A stretch of DNA of 64,000 nt. It comes from Octopus sinensis. Taxonomy: Eukaryota. Position 1 is the first letter of the stretch, and every line of letters begins with the position of its first letter. Made by a program: the position numbers and the translations under genes. Location: positions 31,124,001 to 31,188,000 of the forward strand of contig NC_043000.1 in assembly GCF_006345805.1 (NCBI RefSeq), given 5' to 3'. Positions 25,701-37,700 of this stretch are shown here, one piece after another. Below the pieces are notes generated by a model. The model searched no databases. It was given only the letters and a program-made list of their open reading frames with translations, and was not told where the DNA came from.

Positions 25701-28700
25701 ATAAAGGAATTTTGTTAATTCGTCGTTCAACTCCATTCTTTCATATATTTATATATATATACATACGTACATACGACAGGCTTTTTTCAGTTTCCGTCTA
25801 CCAAATCCACTCACAAGGTTTTGGTTGGCCCGAGGCTATAGTAGAAGACACTTGCCCAAGGTGCCATGCAGTGGCAATGAACCCGGAACTATGTGGTTGG
25901 TAAGCAAGCTACTTACCACACAGCCACTCCTGTGCCTATTGGTAATAATAATTGAATCAACAGTATCTTGAAGTCCTATAGTGCACCAAGGACTGTTTAC
26001 TTTAGATTTTAAGATAGCTGCAAGCAGTACCGCATAGAATAGCTGACAACATGTCTACTCAGTACCAGAATGGTGGTGAGCTGAGAAATGTGTATTAGCA
26101 TTTCATCATCATCATCATCATTAACATCTGTTTTCCATGCTAGCATGGGTTGGACAGTTCGAATGGGGTCTGGGAAGCCTGGAGGCTGCACCAAGCTCCA
26201 GCCTGACCTGGCAGTGTTTCTACAGCTGGATGCTCTTCCTAATGCCAACCACTCTGTGAGTGTAGTGGGTGCTTTTTACCTGCCACTGGCACAGGGATCA
26301 GAGGCTGGCAATGGTTGGTGTTTTTTACGTGCCACCGGCATGGAAGCCAGTCAAGGTGACGCTGGCATCGGCCACGTTCGGATGGTGCTTTTTACATGTC
26401 ACTGTATCACAATATTTTGATATTGATGTACTTGACTCAATAGGTCTCCTCAAGCACAGCAGGTCGCCCTATAATCCAATTTAAGCACAGCTGGCTGTCC
26501 TGCAATCCAAGGTACTTTGAATGGGCTGGGGCTGGTTATGTGAAGCTGGTGTAGTATACAGCCATTAACTCACTTTATTTGTCCGGTTGGTTTTTTACAT
26601 TCTGACTTCAAATCTCACTGAGGTCAACTCTGTCATCCATCATCATCGTCATTTAACGTCTATTTTCCATGCTGGCATGAGTTGGGCAGTTTGACAGGAG
26701 CTGGTCAGCTGGGGAACTATCCATGTTCCAATTGTCTGTTTTGGCATGGTTTCCATGGTTGGATGTCTTTCCTAACACCAAAACTTTACAGAGGGTGCTG
26801 GGTGCTTTTTACATGCTTCCAGCCCAACATCATCGTAGCACCAGCATAAGTGCATTGTATGTGGCCCTGGTATGAGTGCCTCGTACATGGTGCCAGCGCA
26901 AATGCACTGTACATGTTACTGGCACAAATGCATTTCATGTGACACTGGCATGAGTGCATTGTATGTGGCACCGACATGAGTGCACCAAATGTGAAACTGG
27001 CACGAGTGCACTGCAAGTGGCACTGACATGAGTGCACTGCAAGTGGAACCAGCACACATGCATCACAAGTGGTACAGGTGCAAGTGCACCACATGTGACA
27101 CTGGTACGAATGTATTGCATGTAACACCAGCATGAGTATATCCTCTCAGCTGGGAGAGTGAATGGGGACATGGCCCTAAAGAACATGCCTGTATGTATGG
27201 ATGGCTACAATTTTGCTTTCAGGATAAAATAAAGCATCTGTCAAGTACTTGAATTGATGTAACTAACTGATCCCCACCCATCAAAATCGCTGGGTTTGTG
27301 CCAAAATTGGAAAGAATTATGTCCACTAGCCTACTTGTGCAAATATTGGTCATGAAAGCAGATTGTGAACCTTCATATGTAGATATCTTTTTGAAATCTT
27401 TTAGTCAGGCAACAAAGCAGGGGCCCTCAACCTTTTACGAGTTCTCTGAAATGGGTGATAGGTGTCTTTATGTTGGAAGCTTAACTGAATGTTGGCAACA
27501 GAGTGGTTTCTGCTAAACACTTCCAAAGTGCGAGGTGGTGGTGGTGGTGCCTTTAGCAGAATTAAGGATTGAGTGTATCACCCAGGCTGGCCATGATTTG
27601 ATTTGAACTTGGAAAGCAAAGAGCCAGAATATAAGCCACCAGACATCACATCTGGTGTTTTACAGGGCTCCCAATCCATCACTCTGGATTACTATTTTAT
27701 TTTATTGTCCCCTGGAAAGATGAAGTGCACAGCTGACCCTGGTGGGCTTCAACTCAGAGCACAGCCAGTTGGAATAATTCCCACGAAGCATTCCCTCTGC
27801 CACTCAATAAATCCTACTTAATCATTGCATTCCAAGTTTAAAGGGGGATTATCTGATCACATTGGATAGGGTTTCCTTCTGAGAATTTCCAAAGCTAGAA
27901 GGTGGGGTCTATGCTTTCAAAAGCCTCTGTAAAATTCATGAAAAGAACCTGAAACATTATGAATTACTGATCTAAATCATTTACAATTTTTTTTATTTGT
28001 TTGTTGTATTTAGTATTTTGTCATTTTGTTTTTAATGGTCATCTTTTTTCAGAAAGAGTCACCGGAACCATTCACACCAAATTATTTGAACAACTCATTA
28101 AAGAATCGTAAGCGTCGCCTTCTTCAAGACATCAATGATCGATTAAACCAAGACCAGCAGACTCCAAACTGGGGTCCCAAGAGACGCTCCAAAGATTTTG
28201 CTGACAAGAATATGACACCTGTGAAAATATGCCAAAATGAGTCATTAATAGAAACAAGAAGTGTGGAAGGTAGGATTTGAAGAAACACCTTAATTAAAAA
28301 TTCTGGTTGAATGGTTATTGGTTTATTTTAACAGTTCTTAGGTTGGGATCTGAAATAGAGTATGAATTTTCTTGTTTTCTTCTTGGTCTTAGATACTTTG
28401 CAATCGAAAGAATATGTGTGTGTGTGCGTGCGTGCGTGTGTGTGTGTGTGTGTGTGTATATTTTACTATTTTTACTATTTTACTTGTTTCAGTCATTTGA
28501 CTGTGGCCATGCTGGGCACCGCCTTTAGTCGAGGAAATCGACCCCAGGACTTATTCTTTGTAAGCCTAGTACTTATTCTATCGGTCGTTTTGCTGAACCC
28601 AGAACCATGTGGTTGGAAAGCAAACTTCTTACCACACAGCCATTCTTGACTAACATTTTTGGAAATAGTATATATATCACAGCAGCTTAGTATTGTTGTT

Positions 28701-31700
28701 TAGTCCCAGGTTAGTCTTGATCAAAAGCATTCCAGTTGTGACCATTCTGTCTTTATGTGTATCAAGTTATACACTATCTACTGCATCCATCTTTATTTAA
28801 GCTGTCAGGGTGTGATTTGAGGGAGATTTTGCTACTGTTTCTAGCAGTTGAGAAGCTCCATCAGTATCTCTTTAGCATTGAATCTTCTTGAATATTCACT
28901 ACAAATTCTCTTGGCTGTGTTCAAGCTAGAGATTAGCATTTGACCAAAAGCTCTGTGGAATTATGTAGCAATGTCATGTGATAGGTTTAATCCACTAAAG
29001 GCTAAACAGGGCTATGCACTAATGATAGGGCTTTCAATGGGGCTGTGTATTAATAGTAGGGGATCTTAAGTGGGGTATGTATCAGTGCTAGAGGGTCTGA
29101 ATGTCAGTGACACTTAATCAATTATTTTATTTGGAAAACCACAAAACACACATTCATTCTGAAATAGCTGCACCATTACTGCAATTACTGATGGGTGCTT
29201 CATACTAATGAAATCCTCCAGACACTTCCAGAATGTTCAAACATATACAAACTGACTAAAGAATAGCATGAATTCAATATTGCGTCCCAAATAGTAATTA
29301 TGTGTAACTTCGGGTTTATGTGCAGCATAGTCTTGCATTAGACTGGAGCATTGCATGTATAGGGGGTGCAGCAGTTGTTTTGTTCCTTAACAATATGTAC
29401 ACCCTATAAAGTGTACTCTATAGTATAGGCGTCATCGAGCAGCACTGATCAAAGTCGCTCAACAACAACAGTGTTTGTGGCTTAACCCTTTCGTTACTGT
29501 ATTTATTTTGAGATGCTCTGTGTTTCTTTCAATTACTTTAAATATAACAAAGAATTAGGTAAAATAACTTATTTATTATTCAGCTAGTGTTAGGAACATA
29601 AATTGTGACTAAGGTTTGGTGGAAGATTTTAATTAAAAACTTATGAAAACAAGACATTTGTACTCAGAGCCAGAGCTGGTTTCAGTGGGGTTGGTATCAA
29701 AAGGGTTAAGAATTGTTTCTCTATTATATATTTTTAAGCCTTTTGTTACCATATTCCTGTCGAGATGCTCTATGTTTCTTTCAATTAATTTTAAATATAA
29801 CAAAGAATTAGGTAAAATAACTTATTTATCATTCAGCTAGTGTTAGGAACATAAATTGTGACTAAGGTTTGGTGGAAGATTTTAATTCAAAACTAATGAA
29901 AAAATGACATTTGTACTCAGAGCCAGAGCCGGTTTCAGCCGGGTTGGTAACGAAAGGGTTAATATATAAAGAAGAACTGTTATTGGATTTTGGAAATTAC
30001 CATAACTTGGTATCAAGTTCTTTGATTGTTATGTAGGTGCAGCAAATTTTAGAGAATAACAGTAAAATCAGAAACAAACAATTATGATGATGGTGATGGC
30101 AGTGATATTGTAAATATCACCAGTGTTTAAGTGATCTTGTATCATTTATGTTCTACTAATTACCAAAGCCAGTCCCAATAGCCGTTTCTTTATTGTTCTA
30201 TTTCTGTACATCATTATTTCGTCTGTGAACTCTTGACTCTCTCAGGGTTAACAAACCAGTTCTTTTCTTACTACTTCATATCTATTAACTAATATTCCAA
30301 AGTCACATAGGATTTTTTTTGTTTTCTGTACATTTAATGGTTTTCATCCAAGTCTGCCTGGACACACCTATCATTATTATATATACTAATTGAACAGATG
30401 TATCTGAGGTGTTGTTTATGCTAGAAGATGATTTATGTTCTTATTTTCTTTCTTCTATGATTAATTAGGTCTAACTAGGTGTGTCTAGCTGTGCATGTCC
30501 TACATAAGTGGTACAGGAGGATAACTTTGGATGGTAATCTGAGTAAATACCTGATGGTCTCTTCACAATGCCAAACCACTGAGTGGATACATGGGTATGT
30601 TTGTGGGGACACAAACACACACACACATGCACACCACTTCATTGATTAATGCTTTAAAGAAGACATTGCAATCTCATGCTGGCATTATTGTTATTCCATT
30701 CTTGTTGCACAATAACTTCTCCCCCCCCCCACACAACCAATGGCAGGGGCCCTGTAAAGCATCAAGGAACTGCTTTTTCTCTTGACTAAAAGTTTGTTGT
30801 TATATACCAAGTGAACTGCGAAAAATCAAAGCAATGACTGGCACATTTATTCTTAATCCCTTCCAGGAGATTCAACCATTAATATGCTAATCTTGTGTTT
30901 CATCATACGAGAACACCTCTTTTACAGTGAGTGGCCTCTACCTGGGATGTAGCCAGTCCACTTATGCATACCTTTCCTTCTTGGGACACAAAACTCTGCT
31001 TGCAAAGACCTGTTGAGGCAAGTGAAATCGAAATTGATCAAAGATCAATGGAAATTGTAGTTGTGATACCAGTGCTGGTGGCACATAAAAGAACTATCCA
31101 AATGTGGCTGTTGCCAGCCTCGCCTGGCACCTGTGCCGGTGGCACATAAAAAACACCCACTACACTTGAGTGCTTGGCGTTAGGAAGGGCATCCAGCTGT
31201 AGAAACACTCCCAGATCAGACTGGAGCCTGGTGCAGCCTCCTGGCTCCCTGGTCGAACCATCCAACCCGTGCTAGCATGGAAAATGGGCGTTAAACGATG
31301 ATGACGTGTTGATAACCACTTGATTCATTAGCAGTTGGTGTTTTGACGTCATTGTGTCATGTCAGCCTGAGGCACACCCACCCTGTCCCAGTGATTAATG
31401 AATCTAACAAGAGTTGATACTTGTGTTTATAATTTCAGCAAACAAACTGATTGCTAACACGTGTTGATATCTGTTAACAGATGGATAATAAACCATCATG
31501 TGTATGGTGAACAGTGAGAATCAAAATGATGATGATGATGATGTGTATTTATTCTTAATGTTTTGACAAATTTGAACTCAAATATGTTAATCACTGCTGA
31601 GTTTTGTCATAGGAGAACAACTTTTCCTTTACGATGAATGCATGCATGTTGTTTGCTGAAATTATATATGAGAGCATCCACTGTTGTTATATTCATTTGT

Positions 31701-34700
31701 CTGGGGATACCTCTTGCTCACAAGACACAATGGTGTTGAGAAACATCGACTGTCTTAGAGTTTCATTTGCCAATGAATTAGGCTATGAGCATACAGTGCA
31801 GAGAAGTTGATCTCCTGTGATGAAATACAACAGTGATTAACATATTTACATTTGAATTTGCTGGAATGTGTCATGAATAAATATGCTAGTCATCTTAAAA
31901 GATTAAGATATGCAAATAACAACTCACTTAATTTTGTATATTTAAAAGAAAAAATTTTTCCCATTATTCATTTTCCCAGAAAAATGTTCCAAGGATAGAA
32001 ATGCTATCAAACCATCACAGCGGTGTTTAGTTGCAATGGAATTGCTGCAGACAGAATGGAATTATGTGAAGATCTTGCACACAATTCTCCATGTAAGTAA
32101 TACCGATTATTTCATCATTGTTCTTTGGGAACAACTATTTCATATGAGGAATATTATTAGTTTCTAAAAAAGAAATAAGAAACAAACAAAGCATTGGAAA
32201 TTTCTGGATGGAACTTAATCTTTGAAACAACACTTGGAGACAAATTACAAAAAAAAACCAAAAAAAAAAAAAAAAAAGAAAAAAAAAACCGTGCAGCTTT
32301 CTGGCTATATCAGTTTCAATTGAAATCTTTTAATGGAGTTACAGTTCTATTTCTTTACCTGTTAGTCTGGAATTGGTAGTATTTAGAGAATTTCATTATT
32401 TTGTATGGTAATTATAATTCCATACATTTACATATAAACATCTTTTTCACCAGCTTACTAACAGCTGAGGTCTGCCTCCTTCTCTTCCTCCTCCCACTAC
32501 TACTACTACTAAAAAGAGGTTTTCATTTTTCACTTTAGTTATGGACGAAGAGATGTTGTTCATGCTTTGACCAATGGCCGAGGTCATAAAAATTTATGTC
32601 CAGTTTGAACTTCTGTTAGGAATTTAGGAATACAGCAAAAGAGAAAAAATTCCAAAGGGATGTTGTTGAGGGGAGAAAAGATTAGGCAGAGTGGTGAGTG
32701 GCTGAGAGACATTAGGGACAAGGGGAAAGATGAGAGGTAGGGCGGTGACTGTATAGTTTGGATTTGAGCAGAGGTGATATGTAGAGACAAGCAGAAGCTG
32801 TTTTAGTAAATACTAGCACTATGACCCGGCATAGTTATATGGAGCATGATTGTTAAAAAACATCTTAATTAACTGTTAAGTTGAAGATTCTGATTGAGAT
32901 GCTGGTGATTATGCTATTAAGGGTGCTATGCAGGATGATTGGATTGGATATTGATATATTGTAATGATTGATTGGGTTTATGGAAAGGGTGATATAGGTC
33001 TGTATTTAAGAGATAACATTTAAGAAAATGGCCACTTTGGTATCATTTTCAAAATAGATACTTAAGTTAGAGTTTTTAAGTTTATGGAGGGCTTTCTTGG
33101 TGGATTTAACAGAAGGTTGAGATAGACCAGTGGCTGTAGAGCCTCTGGAAAGGTTGGGAAGTGCTGTTTAATTTGGGAAAGAAATAAGTCAATGAGGTCA
33201 GTAACCTGGGCTGAATCAGAAGAGCCCATGGTTGTATCAAAGGAATCTAGATGAGTTGCAAGTCCAGTAATTATCCGTAAAATAAATTAGTGTTTTCCTA
33301 GCAGCCAGGATAATATCAGTGTCAGATTGAGAGATAATATTCCCTATACTCTATCCTGGTCCCCATACAACACTTGCATTTATTCTTGAGGTGGCATTGT
33401 AGCATTGCAGATGTTATAAAATTTGATGTTAGAGGTGGTGAGGATGGTACATTTGGATTATCAACAGTAAAAGTGCCAGCATAGCATTCAGCAATAAGTT
33501 CTGTGCACTCTTTGGGATCCTCACTGATCTGACTTGTGTGGGGATTGCAAAGAGGGCCAACTGGAGAATGAGGTCTCTGTTTCAAATGTACATATTTCCA
33601 GAACACTTTGCTGTCAGAGCTAGTTGTTATACTGTGTTCAAGTACTGCATCACCATCATCATCATCATTTAACGTCAGTTTTTCATGCTAGCATGGGTTT
33701 GCTAGCATGGTTTGACAGAAGCTGGCCAGCTGAATGGCTGTTCAGGTTTCCTGTCTGTTTTTTTGCATGATTTCTACAGCCGGATATCCATCCTAACACT
33801 AACCATTTTACAGAGTGTACTGGGTGCTTTTATGCAGCACCTGTATGGGCGCTTTTTACATAGCACCAGCACTTATGAGCCTGCGAGATTAGGGATGCTC
33901 AGCTGGAGCGGGTTGCAAGGGACGAGCCTTGACTTGCTTAAATTCTTCTTAACCCAACCCTATCAATTCCTGTTTTTGATACATCACTACTGTAAAACTC
34001 TTCTGCTAATTAAAATTTTGTGTCTATGAGCTAACTTCTTATACATTTATTAATTAGTTTCTTATCAGTAGTCAGTTTCCATCATCTTTTTATCATTAAG
34101 TGACTTTAACGAAGCAACTTTAAAGTTTGAAGAGACACTCTATGTCTACTAAATTCTTCAATAAACAAATTGAAAACAAGTTAATTACTTCCCATTCTAC
34201 TTTTGAAGTTTGAAGTGGCAGTAACCCAATATGCTGTGTATGTAAACACTAGGCTGAAACCATCGATCATGTTGTTTCCATGTGCAGACCTCTTGCACCC
34301 ACAGAGTATCTCAACAGATTGGCACAGTATATTCACTGAATAATTTGCAAAAACCTGGACCTGCAAAATGTGGAACCTCAAGACTAAAACAATACCTGTT
34401 GTCATAAATACCCTAGGAATGATAGCAAAAGGGGATGATTGTTATCTGTCTCAGATAGCAGGAAATCCAAAAATAGAAGAAATTTTTTAAATAGTGCTCA
34501 TGGGAACTGCTCATATCCTATGAAAAATATTGTCTGTGAGATTCCAGAAACATTTTCATCTGTAAACATTAACAAAAGTATTTTTAAATGTACACAACAG
34601 CAAAGATCTTCTACTGTCACCTTATCATGAAATCACTTTTAAAACAAACCTTAAATTTCTTATGCCTAGACAGATATTCTCTAGAACAATACTTTGTGCA

Positions 34701-37700
34701 AAATCAAAAGTATGGCTCCTTAGTCATAATATTAACTTGAACTTCTAACTTGTTGACAGTGAGAGGAGGTGAGAATAGGGCAGCTCTGCTAGCAGAGAAT
34801 TGCAAAACAAGTTGTGGCTACTACATGTGGGCAGTAGTGGAAAATAGGTGCAACTATAGTTGTCTCCCTTCTCCAGGGACATGTGAGAGGTGGGTGGGCA
34901 GGTGCTGGCCAGCCTTGCAATCGGTCAATAACTATCTAAGGAATATTAGAGAGAAAACTATAGTTAGCTACGGGTCAATAAAAATACTTCTGCCAAATGT
35001 TGACCCAACTGAGGGACCAGTTATCTGAATTGTCAGTACTTTGGTAGATAAAGCAATTAAGGACATGAAGACAAGGAAAGCCCCTGGCCCATCAAGAATC
35101 ACCATTGAGATGCTTAAAATATCTGGCAGTGTAGGTTATGGTCTAGTCACCTGTATAGTTAACCAGGTGATACATGAAGGAATCATACCCAATGACTGGT
35201 GTAGCAGCACCATAGCCAACTGCTACAAAGGTAAAGGTGATTCATTTGATAGAAATAATTATGGAGGTAACAAATTGTTGAATCAGGTGATGAAAGTCAC
35301 AGAGAGGGCCAAAGCTCAACTAATAAGGGAGAAGGTCTAGATGAGATGCAGTTTAGTTTTGTGCCAAGGAGAAGGACTATTGATACTATATTTCTGATAA
35401 GGTAGCTGCAGGAGAAATACATAGCCAAAGATAAACCTCTGTACTTGGCTTTTGTTGGTTTGGAGAAAGGGATGCTGTCAGTAAGGTGAGGGTTGGCAAT
35501 GAGTATAGTGAAGAATTCAAGGTAAAAGTGGGGGTTCACCAAGGATCAGTCTTCAGCCATCTCTTGTTCATCAGAGTCCTTCAGACAATAACAGAGGAAT
35601 TTAAGACAGGCTTCCCTTGGGAGTTCCTCTATGCTGATGAGCTTGTTCTTATTGCTGAATCACTAGCAGAACTAGAGAAGTTTCAGATTTGGAAGCAAGG
35701 TCTAGAATCGAAGGGCCTTAGAGTTAACATAGCAAAAACCAAAGTCTTAGTAAATATGAAAGAGGACAAATAACAAGTCCCTTCAGGTAGATTGCTCTGG
35801 TCAATTTGTAGAAAAGTCATATGTAGAAACTTCATAAGATGTACACAGTGCAAGCTATGGAGACACAAGTGATGCAGCAATATCAAAGGAAGGTTAACAG
35901 GAAAACTTGTTTTGGGGTGTGCAGGTGCACAGGTACAATTAACACTAAAAATGTACAGAAAATAGACTCCATCAAATGCCTGGGGGGAAAAACTTGAAGT
36001 TGATAGCTTCTGGTAACTAGGTGACCAAGTCAGTATTGGGGCTGGATACTCTGAGAGTGTAGCTGCTAGAATAAGGATAGGTTGGGCAAAATTCAGAGAG
36101 CTCCTACCTCTGTTGGTAATGAAGGGCCTCTCCCTCAGAGTGAAAGGCAAATTGTACAATGACGGTGTGCAAACAGCCATGCTACATGGCAGTGAAACAT
36201 GGGCTGTGGCTGCTGAGGACATGCAAATGCTTGAAAGATGTGAAACTAGTATGTAAGTGTGTATGTGTAACAGAGTGTAAGTGTTTTGAGAGAAAAGTTG
36301 GGCTTAAGATGTGGTGTGCAAGAAAGATGACTACGTTGGTATGGCCATGTGGTGCATATGGATGTGGACAGTTGTGTGAAGTGCCAATCTCTACCAATGG
36401 AAGGAAGCTATGGGAGAGGGAGACCCAGGAAGACATAGGATGAGGTGGTGAAGCATGGTCTTCCATGCTGGGCCTCAATGGAGGCAGTGACTAGTGACTG
36501 AGACATTTGGCGATATGCTGTGCTTGTGAAGACCTGTCAAGCCAAATGAAATCATAGTTGTGGCTGCTGTCGGTGTCACATAACTGGCACTTGTGCCAGT
36601 GACATGTAAAAAGCACCTTTTGAGTGTTGGGCCTTATGGAGGCAATGACAAATGACTGAGACTTTGGGTAATATGCTGTGCTTGAGAAGGATGATCCATC
36701 AAGCCGAGTGAAATCGCAATTGTGGCAGACACTGGTGTTACGCAACTAGCACTCATGCCGGTGGCATGTAAAAGCACCCACTATACTCTTGGAGTGGTTG
36801 GCATTAGGAAAGGCATCCAGCCATAGAAACTATGACAAATAAGACTGGAATATGGTGCAGCCCTTCAGCTTACCAGCTCTGGTCAAACTGTTCAACCCAT
36901 ACCAGCTTGGACAATGGACATTAAATGATGATGACGATGATTTTCCTGTCTGTTTTGTTACTGAGTATGAGGTGTTTTTGTTTTTGAACTTTAAGACTAG
37001 CATCCAGTTATCAGAATTTTTCAGATATTAGGTTGTCAAGAAAGTTCTTGCAGTTTTTAACCATTAAATTCAAATGCACATATCTCGGCTCAAACAAAAC
37101 TTTATTAATCGAAATAAACACCAAAATCAAAAGCGATTATTATTGTCTCATGAAGACTAAGTCACTGTCTTCCTTTGACAAAGTTGAGTGGGTAGCAACT
37201 CTCTGCTTAGTGACTATGATCAGTAAAGTTGTGTTGTAAATGGGGTTGAAAAGTTTGGGGATAGAATTTTTTTCTTAGGACAAACCCTTATCAACTTTGT
37301 CAGGTACAACCTGAAAAGGAGATTCTTAGAGAAAGTGGTACTGTCTTTCTGTAAACTTAATAAATGACGAGAGGGATTAGTGGAATTGCTGAGGCTAAAC
37401 GGGTCTACAGTATACTGCTGTAGGGTGGACGTGAGATTTGGAAAAGGGCAGAGTAAGCCAGTGTGGTGTGTATCTGGTGCCTTGTATGCAGGTTTATCTC
37501 CTCCTTTCAATTTGGACAACCTTTCTGTTGTTTTATTAGCTTTCATCTTTTACTTGTTTCAGTCATTCGACCATGCCATGGTGGAGCAATGCTTTGAACA
37601 GTTTTAGTTAAACAAATTCACCTCAGCACTTATTTTTTTATAGTCTGCTATTGTGTCAGTCTCTTTTGTCAAAGTGCTAAGTTACAGCAATGCAAACAAA

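Larger units (their letters stand above)
25427..25754. repeat. 153-bp inverted repeat, 151/153 identical, 22-bp spacer
   Basis: Arms 25427-25579 and 25602-25754 read directly; two mismatches. Confidence 0.97.
25081..25936 (-). mobile_element. tRNA-derived (CORE-like) SINE interrupted in its microsatellite by the ribozyme palindrome element
   Basis: Reverse strand reads GGCTGTGTGGTAAG...GGTTC...CCTTGGGCAAGTGTCTTCTACTATAGCC; related fragments near 7110-7230, 19615-19730, 28480-28645, 38040-38200, 42940-43090; extra sequence at about 25298-25754. Confidence 0.75.

Noticed and set aside
37260-37480. Possible Tx1/L1 C-terminal fragment
   Set aside because: The peptide resemblance is too weak to support without a search.
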